IMG/VR virus record: IMGVR_UViG_3300028197_000003
Span: 64,001 to 128,000 of that record
Length of the DNA stretch: 64,000 bases
Source of the DNA: a virus
Direction: 5' to 3' (one strand)
A model generated the notes under the pieces. The model ran no database searches. It saw only the letters and a list, made by a program, of their open reading frames with translations, and was not told the origin of the DNA. Shown here one piece after another: positions 1 to 9,243 of this stretch. The position numbers and the translations under genes are program-made. Positions within the stretch are counted from its first letter, which is position 1, and the number at the start of each line of letters is the position of its first letter.

Positions 1-428
1 ACAATCTTTTTATGTTGGGTAGTCTTATCACTACACTGGTAATGCGTTACTTTACCGTTTAGTAGACCAGTTGCTCTAGCAATGAGATCCATAGCAGCAA
101 GTCTATCTGCTTCAGGACCTGCTTCAGGTTTCATTCTATGCTTCTTCCACATCTCAGCAACCATATCAACATTATGAACAACACCAATATGTTGTGGTGG
201 TTGTGATTGCCACTCGTCTAGTTTCTCTTGCGTAGTATCTTGAATATTGAAAGGAGTATCACTTTCAATAAATTCTTCGTTCATTTTTTTATATGTTTCT
301 GGCGTAATTTTCATATTGTTTTTCATTGACCAACAGGGTTTACAGAGAGGAACCATCCTCAATTGAGGGCACTGATCCGCTGGAGTTAGTTTACCACAAG
401 AACTACATTCTATCTCCCACATTTTCAT
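1..428 (-). CDS. Hypothetical protein with N-terminal Cys cluster (3' end runs off window)
   Basis: Hand-translated, not in the ORF track: MKMWEIECSSCGKLTPADQCPQLRMVPLCKPCW...KKIV. Open to base 1; its ATG at 428 overlaps the TGA of the upstream minus-strand ORF (ATGA coupling). Confidence 0.7.
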   Translation of the reverse strand, partial: MKMWEIECSSCGKLTPADQCPQLRMVPLCKPCWSMKNNMKITPETYKKMNEEFIESDTPFNIQDTTQEKLDEWQSQPPQHIGVVHNVDMVAEMWKKHRMKPEAGPEADRLAAMDLIARATGLLNGKVTHYQCSDKTTQHKKI

Positions 429-724
429 AATGTTCTTTCTAACCTTTCTGTTGGTTGGTCAGGGAAGTCTCTTGGTCTGCTATCAGTAGCATTATCAGTT
501 TTAGGTGAACCTTCGTTTGCCTTCATAGTATGCTGATAGTTTGCTCTTGGGTATCTGATACGAAAAGGATCAGGCATCCAGTAGGTTACCTGCCATTCCT
601 GTTCAGGACATAGTTCAAGATGTTTCTCTACAGTATGAGAAAAACTCCCAATTTGAATGTACCCATCGTGACTAACGCATCTTCCGTTCCCAGTATCAAC
701 CAGGAATAACATCTTACTACTCAT
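425..724 (-). CDS. Conserved cyanophage hypothetical protein
   Basis: ORF track 425..808. The likely start is MSSKMLFLVD at 724; 808 is the alternative. Confidence 0.7.
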   Translation of the reverse strand: MSSKMLFLVDTGNGRCVSHDGYIQIGSFSHTVEKHLELCPEQEWQVTYWMPDPFRIRYPRANYQHTMKANEGSPKTDNATDSRPRDFPDQPTERLERTL

Positions 725-882
725 AGCATTTCTTGCTCTGGGTTGAGATTCTTGACAAATTGCACAGGATCCCTTTCGGACTTGTGTACCCAATGATATC
801 GCATGCATTCAAACATGTGATCCCACATTGTAACACACGTGTAGTCAGATTTTTTACTTTCTGTTGTCACAATTTTTGATTT

Positions 883-890
883 TATTTATA
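883..890 (-). promoter_or_regulatory. T4-type late promoter TATAAATA
   Basis: Plus-strand TATTTATA is the exact gp55 consensus on the minus strand, pointing at the minus-strand genes. Confidence 0.75.
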
Positions 891-965
891 GTAATGTAAA
901 TAAGTTAGAAATGTTAGTAAACAAACACAAAGTTGCATAGATAGTATGTCGAATTGGGATTTCAC

Positions 966-1124
966 ATGCACAACATTATTTCAAACAACCAGTTGAATGA
1001 ATGGGGTCGAATCCAAATGCTAGAAGAGGAAAATACTAGAATCAATGACTACTATGAATGCATCATTGAATGTGATGAGGGAGGAGCTGCCTGTAAACGA
1101 ATATGTAAAGAAATTTTAGTATAG
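966..1124 (+). CDS. 52-aa Cys-rich microprotein (Cx3C-x6-Cx3C)
   Basis: Hand-translated MHNIISNNQLNEWGRIQMLEEENTRINDYYECIIECDEGGAACKRICKEILV*, followed by a terminator. Confidence 0.8.
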   Translation: MHNIISNNQLNEWGRIQMLEEENTRINDYYECIIECDEGGAACKRICKEILV

Positions 1125-1134
1125 GTACCACTAC

Positions 1135-1163
1135 AAACCTCCCCTTCCTAGGGGGGGTTTTTT
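1135..1163 (+). terminator. Rho-independent terminator
   Basis: AAACCTCCCC-ttccta-GGGGGGGTTT stem followed by a T run. Confidence 0.8.
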
Positions 1164-1196
1164 GCTATAGTAAATAGGGATGACGCTGATGCAACC

Positions 1197-1397
1197 ATGA
1201 AAGACCAGAACGCTATTTTGGATTCCGAAAGCAAACAGGTCAAGTGGAACCGTGGGTTAGATCTTTTCATTGAATCAGTTTTGAAACCGGATTCAACACT
1301 TAGAGACTGTGCTCACAACCAGCAGTGCTATAATGAACTTATGGATGTCAGGCAAGACGTTCTTCAGTATCTGAAATCTAAACGTTGGTATGCCTAA
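1197..1397 (+). CDS. Conserved cyanophage hypothetical protein
   Basis: 66-aa ORF (KWNRGLDLFIESVLKPD); late-promoter-like GTAAATA just upstream. Confidence 0.75.
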   Translation: MKDQNAILDSESKQVKWNRGLDLFIESVLKPDSTLRDCAHNQQCYNELMDVRQDVLQYLKSKRWYA

Positions 1398-1554
1398 AAA
1401 CTCAGTAACTAGGGAAGAGTTGATCACCCGAGTTCTCAAACTAAAAACAGAATTGTATGATGGTTCCTGGTCTGCTAAAAACAGGGACTGGCACGAAGGT
1501 GGACAGAGTTCTTTGAATAGAGTTCTTGATCTATTAGAAGAGTATCGCTTCTAA
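1390..1554 (+). CDS. Small hypothetical protein, 54 aa
   Basis: Hand-translated MPKNSVTREELITRVLKLKTELY...LLEEYRF*; fills the gap before gp3. Confidence 0.7.
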   Translation: MPKNSVTREELITRVLKLKTELYDGSWSAKNRDWHEGGQSSLNRVLDLLEEYRF

Positions 1555-1578
1555 ATAGCTCGTTGCTGCTATTAGCTT

Positions 1579-2157
1579 TTGAAAACTGGAGTTAGGGGTG
1601 CTACTCCTCCATATCAACTAAACGAACCCACAAACAGGAACTTCCTGAGTATTGTTGGATTCAATTTTATTTTGAATCGTTGCCCTAAGGTTAGTTTTTA
1701 TTGTAACCAGGCAAATATCCCAGACATTACTTTAGGGGTAGCAAACCAGGCAAGTTATTTGAGAGACATTCCTGTACCTGGAGACAAACTTCAGTATGGA
1801 GATCTTTCTCTTCAGTTCATGGTTGACGAAAACTGTGAAAATTATTTGCAGATCTATGACTGGATCACAGGACTGGGATATCCAGAGTCCTTACAGCAGT
1901 ATGAAGATCTAAAACGAAACAGCAGGTTCTATCCTAATGAAGATGCTCCATTCAATGAGCGTTCTGATGGAACTTTGATTGTCTTGAACAGTGATTATAA
2001 CCCAGCGGTGAAAATCAAATTCAAGGATATGTTTCCAATCAACCTGTCAGGCATACCTTTCAGTGCTATTGAAACAGAAGAACGTTACTTTACAGCATCG
2101 GTAACCTTCAAGTATACTATTTTTGATATGATTGATGTCCTTGGAAAGAAAGTCTAG
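1579..2157 (+). CDS. gp3: Tail completion / sheath stabiliser (T4 gp3-like)
   Basis: NRNFLSIVGFNF...ANIPDITLG...PGDKLQYGDL...WITGLGYP motifs; syntenic with uvsY/uvsW; CTAAATA at 1551. Confidence 0.85.
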   Translation: MKTGVRGATPPYQLNEPTNRNFLSIVGFNFILNRCPKVSFYCNQANIPDITLGVANQASYLRDIPVPGDKLQYGDLSLQFMVDENCENYLQIYDWITGLGYPESLQQYEDLKRNSRFYPNEDAPFNERSDGTLIVLNSDYNPAVKIKFKDMFPINLSGIPFSAIETEERYFTASVTFKYTIFDMIDVLGKKV

Positions 2158-2593
2158 TCCTCTTAGTCTCGAAAACATCCAAGAGATGTGGACTAAAGAT
2201 GCCGTAATGAATCAGGATGAGTTGGACACGGAATCACTGAAGATTCCCCAATTACATGCCAAGTATTATGGGCTATATAATACAATCCTACTGATGAGGA
2301 AACAAAACGAACAAATTTACAGTTCGTTGTTGCTTCAAAGGAGAAATTTTTACACTGGTAAGGCAACTGCTGCTGTATATGAAGCAGAACCATTTCCTTA
2401 CAAGGTCAGAGATAAGGATGACCTCAAGTTATATCTTGAGTCTGACGAGAAGTTATCCAAAACGAGACTAAAAATTGAATACTTCGATTCAATGTTGAAA
2501 TACTTAGAAGAAATTCTAAGGCAGATAACGAATCGCACGTATCAAATCAAAAATGCGATTGAGTGGCGCAGGTTCTCTTCAGGTTATGGCTGA
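2132..2593 (+). CDS. uvsY: UvsY recombination mediator
   Basis: W.KD...LD.ESLKIPQLHAKY; C-terminal R.YQIKNAIEW. Confidence 0.9.
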   Translation: MMSLERKSSPLSLENIQEMWTKDAVMNQDELDTESLKIPQLHAKYYGLYNTILLMRKQNEQIYSSLLLQRRNFYTGKATAAVYEAEPFPYKVRDKDDLKLYLESDEKLSKTRLKIEYFDSMLKYLEEILRQITNRTYQIKNAIEWRRFSSGYG

Positions 2594-4034
2594 TCTTATC
2601 ATAAAAAAGAAGAATGAAGTATATCTCGTTGTAGAATGTGATCCACATATACAGCATGAACTTCAGGACCAATTTACTTTTGAGGTTCCTGGTGCAAAAT
2701 TCATGCCTCAATACAGAAGTAAGTATTGGGATGGTAAAATTAGATTATTCAATGTCCAGAAAGGAGAAATCTACGTAGGTCTTCTGGATAAAGTCTGTCA
2801 ATTTTGTAAGAGATATAATTATACCTTTGAATTCAAAGACTCAAAGCACTACGGTCTACCGTACCAGGAAGATCCCGGTATCTCTGTACGAGGAGTAAAG
2901 GATTGGTTGGAGGTAATCTCCAAATATACTCCTAGAGACTATCAAATTGATGGCGTCTACGATGCCTTGAAAAGAAAACGACGATTGATTATTTCCCCGA
3001 CCGGTTCGGGCAAGTCTTTGATGATCTACGCTGTTGTGCAGTATCATGCTGCCCATCAAAGAAAGATCTTGGTCATTGTTCCTACCACATCTTTGGTAGA
3101 ACAAATGTATAAAGACTTTGACGAGTATGGTTTGGATGCTCAAAATGAATGTCATAAAATATATGGTGGTCGAGATATAAACAGTAGTAAGAATATTATT
3201 ATATCAACTTGGCAGTCAATTTACAAGTTAGATAAAAAATGGTTTAGACAATTTGACGTAGTTATTGGTGACGAAGCACATAACTTCAAGTCTAAATCTT
3301 TGGTAGGCATCATGACCAAGATGCATGACACTGCCTATCGTTACGGATTCACTGGTACATTAGATGGTACCCAAACTCACAAGTGGGTATTAGAAGGACT
3401 GTTTGGTCCCTCGTATAAAATTATCAATACAAAAGAACTGCAGGATGCAGGTTACTTAGCACAGTTGAACATCAAAGTTTTACTGTTGAAGCATAAACAA
3501 AATCCATTTGATACGTATGAGGAAGAAGTGCAGTATCTTATTGGTCATGAAAAGAGAAACAAGTTTATAAAAAACCTAGTCCTAGACATAAAAGGCAATA
3601 CGTTGATCCTGTTTAGTCGGGTTGCCGCACATGGAGAGGTTCTTTTCAACCTCATAAATACTGATGACCGGAAGGTATTTTTTATTCATGGTGGAGTTGA
3701 TGTCGAAGAACGGGAATCAGTTAGGTCTATTGCAGAGACTGAAAACGACGCCATCATCATCGCTTCTTTCGGAACTTTTTCAACAGGTATCAATATAAAG
3801 AACTTACACAACGTGGTCTTTGCATCACCAAGTAAGTCTCGAATCAGGACACTTCAATCAATCGGGAGGGTGCTACGGAAGAGTGATTCTAAATTGAATG
3901 CAACTCTATACGATATAGCAGATGATTGTAAGAAGGGTCAAAAAACAAACTACACGCTGAACCATCTTATAGAACGTATCAAATACTATAACGAAGAAAA
4001 GTTCAACTATGACATCATCCAAATCAAGCTCTGA
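2586..4034 (+). CDS. uvsW: UvsW SF2 helicase
   Basis: Walker A SPTGSGKS, DEAH, FTGT, QSIGRVLR; start MADLII at 2586. Confidence 0.95.
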   Translation: MADLIIKKKNEVYLVVECDPHIQHELQDQFTFEVPGAKFMPQYRSKYWDGKIRLFNVQKGEIYVGLLDKVCQFCKRYNYTFEFKDSKHYGLPYQEDPGISVRGVKDWLEVISKYTPRDYQIDGVYDALKRKRRLIISPTGSGKSLMIYAVVQYHAAHQRKILVIVPTTSLVEQMYKDFDEYGLDAQNECHKIYGGRDINSSKNIIISTWQSIYKLDKKWFRQFDVVIGDEAHNFKSKSLVGIMTKMHDTAYRYGFTGTLDGTQTHKWVLEGLFGPSYKIINTKELQDAGYLAQLNIKVLLLKHKQNPFDTYEEEVQYLIGHEKRNKFIKNLVLDIKGNTLILFSRVAAHGEVLFNLINTDDRKVFFIHGGVDVEERESVRSIAETENDAIIIASFGTFSTGINIKNLHNVVFASPSKSRIRTLQSIGRVLRKSDSKLNATLYDIADDCKKGQKTNYTLNHLIERIKYYNEEKFNYDIIQIKL

Positions 4035-4458
4035 CAATCCATATGACGAGTTCATAGCAGCAGTCAAGCTGGTTTCTGGTGAGGAGATTCTTTCTACGAT
4101 TATGGTTATTGCAGATGATGACGATAAAGTCATCTTTGATAATCCTATTATCTGTGAAGAAATCCGTTCAAGAGGAGGTAAAGGCACTCCAGTGGGATAT
4201 AAGTTTGAACCTTGGATGAGAATGACAGACGAAGAAGTCTTCATTGTAGATATGGATCGTATTATTACTATCTCTGAAATAAAAGATGAAGATGTAATCA
4301 GTACCTATAAGAACATTATTGCATCAGGATTCACTAGAGAACATCCTGAACTCTCTAAAGAGATGGGGTTTATAAACACAGTAGAGAAAGCAAGAGATAC
4401 CTTTGAAGGAATCTATAAGGCAGAAGATGCCTCTAAGAATCCTAAAGATGCTTTATAG
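4009..4458 (+). CDS. Conserved hypothetical protein (Sm-like fold likely)
   Basis: VKLVSGEEI motif; usual position between uvsW and gp55. Confidence 0.75.
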   Translation: MTSSKSSSDNPYDEFIAAVKLVSGEEILSTIMVIADDDDKVIFDNPIICEEIRSRGGKGTPVGYKFEPWMRMTDEEVFIVDMDRIITISEIKDEDVISTYKNIIASGFTREHPELSKEMGFINTVEKARDTFEGIYKAEDASKNPKDAL

Positions 4459-4536
4459 TGTTCTAAAGTAAGCTATAGCGTCCCGATCAACCCTGACAGA
4501 GTTAGTCTATATGCATTCTGCAGTCTTGTCAAGCTG

Positions 4537-4545
4537 TGCTATACT
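4537..4545 (+). promoter_or_regulatory. Extended -10 sigma70-type promoter for gp55 (TGCTATACT)
   Basis: TGn-TATACT about 22 nt upstream of the gp55 ATG. Confidence 0.55.
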
Positions 4546-4567
4546 ATGAAGATGAAGATCCAATAAG

Positions 4568-5038
4568 ATGACCCGAAAGCGTTCTGAACACTACGTAAAT
4601 AACAAAGAGTTTCTTGTTGCGATCATTGCTTACAAGCAAGAGATCTCTGATGCGGAGGTACTTGGGAAACCAAAACCCCGCATTACAAACTATTTGGGTG
4701 AATGTTTTTTGAAGATAGCAACGCATCTATCTTACAAACCAAACTTTGTCAACTACATGTTCAAAGATGATATGGTTTGTGATGGTATTGAGAACTGTGT
4801 CCAATACATCAACAACTTCAACCCAGAGAAGTCTAAGAATCCTTTTGCTTACTTCACTCAGATCATTCACTACGCTTTCTTGCGTAGGATTCAGAAGGAG
4901 AAGAAGCAGTTAGAGATCCGTCAGAAGATCATTGAGCGGTCAGGGTTTGAGGAAGTGTTTTCTACTGATGACAACTCCAATCATTCTGAGTACAATTCCA
5001 TCAAAGATGCAGTTCAGTACAGGAACAACTACCGATGA
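4568..5038 (+). CDS. gp55: Late-transcription sigma factor gp55
   Basis: HYVNNKEF, YKPNFVNYMFKDDMVCDGIENC, NPFAYFTQIIHYAFLRRI. Confidence 0.97.
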   Translation: MTRKRSEHYVNNKEFLVAIIAYKQEISDAEVLGKPKPRITNYLGECFLKIATHLSYKPNFVNYMFKDDMVCDGIENCVQYINNFNPEKSKNPFAYFTQIIHYAFLRRIQKEKKQLEIRQKIIERSGFEEVFSTDDNSNHSEYNSIKDAVQYRNNYR

Positions 5039-5289
5039 ACATTCTTTTTGAAAAGTGCGAAAAAGAAAAAGCAGAAGACAGAGGTCTTCCTTACACTGCC
5101 TATTTGATTACATACAAAGTCGATGGAGTTGAGACATACGACATTGCTACCTGTGGAAAAACTACCGATCTGTTTGACCACTATTACGACACCTATAAAA
5201 AAGATTTTATTAGGTTTGACCAAGCACAAGGTAGAGTCAGTCCTAAACTTTACGGTTACAAATCTCCAGAAACTTCTAAAAAACGGTAA
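5035..5289 (+). CDS. Hypothetical protein
   Basis: 84-aa ORF coupled to gp55. Confidence 0.7.
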   Translation: MNILFEKCEKEKAEDRGLPYTAYLITYKVDGVETYDIATCGKTTDLFDHYYDTYKKDFIRFDQAQGRVSPKLYGYKSPETSKKR

Positions 5290-5921
5290 TGGCTTTTTTA
5301 GTCCACAACTTACCTCCTATACCTGTCAAGGTTAGGAAAGAGTTTCTTTATGATCATGAATATGGACATGGAGAATTTACTGAAGGTATTTGGGTAAGTG
5401 TCAAGAGTGTTCAGTACAAAGCACTTTATTTTGAAACTATGCTTCCTGAGTATGGTGCTTTATTTGATAAACTACCTTTGAGTGCATTTGTTTGGAAAGA
5501 AGATCATGGCGATCTTTCACTAGATACGCTACAATTGTGGGACTGCTTTGATTACAATCTTACTGTAATTGAAAAACCTATACTTTCACGTTGTGAATTC
5601 TTTGGTAAAGATAAGCAGATGCACCCTGGTGAATACATGTTCACCATAGATACTTGCCATAGCGAGTCATCTACACTAGACACTGGTTTCAGTCAAGATG
5701 ATCCTGAGCACAAGTCTTTCAACATCATTAGACTTGACAACGGACAATTTGCTGCTCAACCAAACAATCGTGTCATCTGGAAAGACATGAGTCTTATTCC
5801 AGCAGGCACAAAAATGCCAGACTTCAAAGTTTGTACTCAAAACTACCGAGTTGAAAACTCGGATAAGTGGACAGTAGGACACTCTGAAGAATGGATGTAC
5901 AAAACAGAGGACGGAGCATGA
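5289..5921 (+). CDS. Conserved cyanophage hypothetical protein
   Basis: 210-aa ORF (MAFLVHNLPP..., QPNNRVIW). Confidence 0.8.
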   Translation: MAFLVHNLPPIPVKVRKEFLYDHEYGHGEFTEGIWVSVKSVQYKALYFETMLPEYGALFDKLPLSAFVWKEDHGDLSLDTLQLWDCFDYNLTVIEKPILSRCEFFGKDKQMHPGEYMFTIDTCHSESSTLDTGFSQDDPEHKSFNIIRLDNGQFAAQPNNRVIWKDMSLIPAGTKMPDFKVCTQNYRVENSDKWTVGHSEEWMYKTEDGA

Positions 5922-6121
5922 AAATTCTCACTCTTGAGGATTACGAAAAGGCTGGTGAATTATTCTGGCCAAAGTATTGGTACGTTGCTAAGGAACTTGG
6001 CGAAGGTGCTAAATCAGAAGACATCTTGAAAGTCATGGAGTCACTCGGTGGGGTTGCTCTAAAACTTGCAACAGAAAATAAAGAAGGACCCTTTGGTTTC
6101 AACAAAAAAAATGATCAATGA
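5918..6121 (+). CDS. Hypothetical protein
   Basis: Start MKILTLEDYEKAG at an ATGA overlap with the upstream stop. Confidence 0.7.
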   Translation: MKILTLEDYEKAGELFWPKYWYVAKELGEGAKSEDILKVMESLGGVALKLATENKEGPFGFNKKNDQ

Positions 6122-7158
6122 AAGTTGCTATCATCACAGACCAGCACTTTGGATTCAAGAAAGGATCCAGACTGTATCATGAATACTTTCTAAAATTCTA
6201 TGAAGAAACTTTCTTTCCTATGTTGGAAAGAGAAGGTATCAAAACTGTACTTGACCTTGGAGATACTTTTGACAACCGTAAAGGTGTTGATTTATATTCT
6301 CTGGACTGGGCGAAAAGAAATTATTTCGACCGTCTTCGATCTATGGGGATATCTGTGGTTTCTGTTGTGGGCAATCACACCGCCTTCTATAAAAACACTA
6401 ATGACATCAATACTATCGATCTACTCTTACGAGAGTACGATAACGTTCGTATTATTGGTGACTGCGAAGAAGTAGATATTGGTGGTCTTCCTGTTCTATT
6501 CATTCCTTGGATCAATCAGGAAAACAAAGAGCACACATATAAAACAATCAAAGAGTCCAAAGCAAAAGTTGCTATGGGTCATTTGGAACTCAATGGTTTT
6601 GTTGCTACTCATGGTCATGTCATGGAGCATGGTAATGACATTGAGGTTTACAAGAAATTTGACCGTGTTCTTTCAGGACACTTCCATACTAGGTCTAGTA
6701 ATGGACAAATCTATTACATCGGTAATCCATACGAGATGTTCTGGAGTGATGTAAATGATAAGCGTGGGTGTGTGATCTTCGATACCGAAGACTTCACCAT
6801 GAAGAACGTAGATAATCCAAACACTTTATACAAAGTGATCAAGTATTCTGACACTCCCCGTCAGTTGTTCAAGTTCAGTGAGTATTCGGGAAAGATTGTC
6901 AAGGTAGTTGTATTCAAGAAGAGTAGTGATAAAGAATACAATCGTTTTATGGCGGCACTTGCAAAGGTAAACCCAGTTGAGATCAAGGTTATTGAAAAGT
7001 CAGAGTACATCTTTATGGATGCTGACTTTGCTGAACAGACAGAAGATACTATGACTCTGTTGAATAAGTACGTAGATGAATTAGAGACAAATCTAAATAA
7101 ATCTAAGATCAAAGATATACTTACTGAAGCATACCAACTAGCGTGCGAGGGTATCTAA
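6118..7158 (+). CDS. gp47: Recombination nuclease, Mre11/SbcD-like
   Basis: TDQHFG, LGDTFD, VGNH, GHLE, SGHFH metallophosphoesterase motifs. Confidence 0.95.
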   Translation: MKVAIITDQHFGFKKGSRLYHEYFLKFYEETFFPMLEREGIKTVLDLGDTFDNRKGVDLYSLDWAKRNYFDRLRSMGISVVSVVGNHTAFYKNTNDINTIDLLLREYDNVRIIGDCEEVDIGGLPVLFIPWINQENKEHTYKTIKESKAKVAMGHLELNGFVATHGHVMEHGNDIEVYKKFDRVLSGHFHTRSSNGQIYYIGNPYEMFWSDVNDKRGCVIFDTEDFTMKNVDNPNTLYKVIKYSDTPRQLFKFSEYSGKIVKVVVFKKSSDKEYNRFMAALAKVNPVEIKVIEKSEYIFMDADFAEQTEDTMTLLNKYVDELETNLNKSKIKDILTEAYQLACEGI

Positions 7159-7416
7159 GTGCACATAATCACCCCGATAGAAACTAAGAACGAAGGCGCA
7201 TTTGCCGTTGTTGATGAAACGGGTGAGAAAGTTGTATTCTTTTTTGTAGAACGTGACGATGCAGAAAGATATGTTATGATGTTAGAATGTAATGGACTCG
7301 ATTCTGAAATGGAAGTTGTAGACATTGCTGACAAAGCTGCTATTGCAGCATGTGAACGAACGGGTACTAAGTACGCGATCATCAATAAGAATGACCTTGT
7401 AATCCCTGTTGAATGA
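7159..7416 (+). CDS. Conserved hypothetical protein
   Basis: 85-aa ORF between gp47 and gp46 (F.ERDDAERY). Confidence 0.7.
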   Translation: MHIITPIETKNEGAFAVVDETGEKVVFFFVERDDAERYVMMLECNGLDSEMEVVDIADKAAIAACERTGTKYAIINKNDLVIPVE

Positions 7417-9122
7417 TTCTCTTCAAAGAAATTCGTTATAAAAACTTTTTATCATCTGGGAATCATTTTACTAAAATCAATCTAGACACAAGCAAGGATA
7501 CCTTGATTGTTGGTCAGAATGGTGCAGGTAAAAGTACAATTCTTGATGCACTGACCTTCTCACTGTTTAGTAAACCTTTTCGTAAGGTGAACAAACCGCA
7601 ACTGGTCAACAGTGTCAATGAACGTGACTGCCTAGTAGAAATCTTGTTTGTCATTGGCACGACTGAGTACAAGGTGGTTCGTGGAATCAAACCTAATATT
7701 TTTGAGATCTATAAAGACGGATCTAAATTCAATGAAGATTGTGATGCTAAAGAGCAGCAGCAATTCCTTGAAAAGCAAATCCTCAAACTGAACTACAAAT
7801 CGTTTACTCAGATCGTCATCCTGGGTAGTGCTAGTTTTGTACCGTTCATGCAACTCTCAGCAGCACACCGCAGAGAGGTCATAGAAGACCTCCTAGACAT
7901 CTCTGTGTTCTCATCCATGTCTGAGATCATCAAAGGGCGTCTGAAGGACTCCAAGGATGGTCTGAAGGTGCTAGAGTTGAAGAAGGAATCTGTAGCAGAC
8001 AAAATTCTGATGCAGAAACGGTTCATCAAAACTCTGGAGGAGTCTTCTCAAAATGATATCACTTCCAAACAGGAGGAGATCCAGTTACTGGATCAAGAGT
8101 CAGGGGACTACCAAATCAAGATTGCGGATCTCCTGGAAGAAAGCGAAGACCTTCAAACAGCAATCCAAGGATTTACTTCTTCAGGCGATACTGTAAAGAA
8201 ACTGAATCAATTCAAAGCAAAACTTCAAACAAAAGAACTTAGTTCATCAAAAGAGATCAAGTTCTTTGAAGAAAATACGGTATGCCCTACATGTACACAA
8301 ACCATTGATGATGCATTTAGGGTAAATAAGATTGAACATCTCCAGCAACTTCTAATAAAGCACGTTGATAGTCTTACTCAAATTGAGAACGCAATCACTG
8401 CTGAGGAGGAGAAAGAACAACAGTTTCTTACTCTGCAAAAGGAGATCACTACCATCACGCATGAAATTTCTCAGTACAATCTTAGAATCTCTAATTCAAG
8501 AAAACGAAAGTCAACTCTGGAATCAGAAATTCAAAACCTTACCGATAGCATTGAGAACCGATCTACTGAAGACGACAAACTATCAGAATACAAGGAGAAA
8601 TTGCGAGCGGTACTGCAGAAATTAGAAGAAACTAATAATACGTTTGACTATTTGACTCAAGGTAATTTACTACTAAAAGACGATGGCGTAAAGAGTTCGA
8701 TTATTAGGAAGTATCTTCCGATGATCAACAAACTCGTCAACGATTACTTGCAGCGGATGGATTTCTATATCAACTTCACGCTGGACGAGGAGTTCAACGA
8801 GAAGATCCAGACCCCTGTGCATGAGAAGTTCTCGTATGCATCCTTTAGTGAAGGAGAAAAGATGAGGATTGACCTTGCTCTCTTGTTCACGTGGAGGGAG
8901 ATTGCTCGTATGAAGAATAGCGTCGTCACCAATCTTCTTATTATGGACGAGGTGTTTGATTCATCTCTTGATGGGTTTGGAACTGAAGAGTTTTTGAAAA
9001 TTGTTCGCTTTGTGATAAAAGATGCTAATGTGTTTATCATTTCCCATAAGAACGAACTGTTTGACAAGTTCGACCATAGTCTTGAATTCAAGAAAATTGG
9101 TGGGTTTTCACAACTAGCTTGA
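7413..9122 (+). CDS. gp46: Recombination ATPase, Rad50/SbcC-like
   Basis: GQNGAGKST, zinc hook CPTC, FSEGEK signature, Walker B LIMDEVFD. Confidence 0.96.
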   Translation: MILFKEIRYKNFLSSGNHFTKINLDTSKDTLIVGQNGAGKSTILDALTFSLFSKPFRKVNKPQLVNSVNERDCLVEILFVIGTTEYKVVRGIKPNIFEIYKDGSKFNEDCDAKEQQQFLEKQILKLNYKSFTQIVILGSASFVPFMQLSAAHRREVIEDLLDISVFSSMSEIIKGRLKDSKDGLKVLELKKESVADKILMQKRFIKTLEESSQNDITSKQEEIQLLDQESGDYQIKIADLLEESEDLQTAIQGFTSSGDTVKKLNQFKAKLQTKELSSSKEIKFFEENTVCPTCTQTIDDAFRVNKIEHLQQLLIKHVDSLTQIENAITAEEEKEQQFLTLQKEITTITHEISQYNLRISNSRKRKSTLESEIQNLTDSIENRSTEDDKLSEYKEKLRAVLQKLEETNNTFDYLTQGNLLLKDDGVKSSIIRKYLPMINKLVNDYLQRMDFYINFTLDEEFNEKIQTPVHEKFSYASFSEGEKMRIDLALLFTWREIARMKNSVVTNLLIMDEVFDSSLDGFGTEEFLKIVRFVIKDANVFIISHKNELFDKFDHSLEFKKIGGFSQLA

Positions 9123-9152
9123 CAACTCACCAGAAAAGATGTACTCTAAATA
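9119..9152 (+). promoter_or_regulatory. Overlapping early (TTGACA-N17-TACTCT) and late (CTAAATA) promoters
   Basis: -35 at 9119-9124, -10 at 9142-9147, CTAAATA at 9146-9152. Confidence 0.7.
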
Positions 9153-9243
9153 AGTATTCGTGCTTAGTCACGAATCTTTACACTACGTGGTCCTGTCGAA
9201 CCACTTCCATCTACGGGATATTTCCGTAAGTAACCTAACAACC

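Noticed and set aside
809-965. NtcA or Pho box in the divergent intergenic region
   Set aside because: There is no GTA-N8-TAC. The GTTAG repeats are 9 nt apart rather than 11 and lack the TTAA core.
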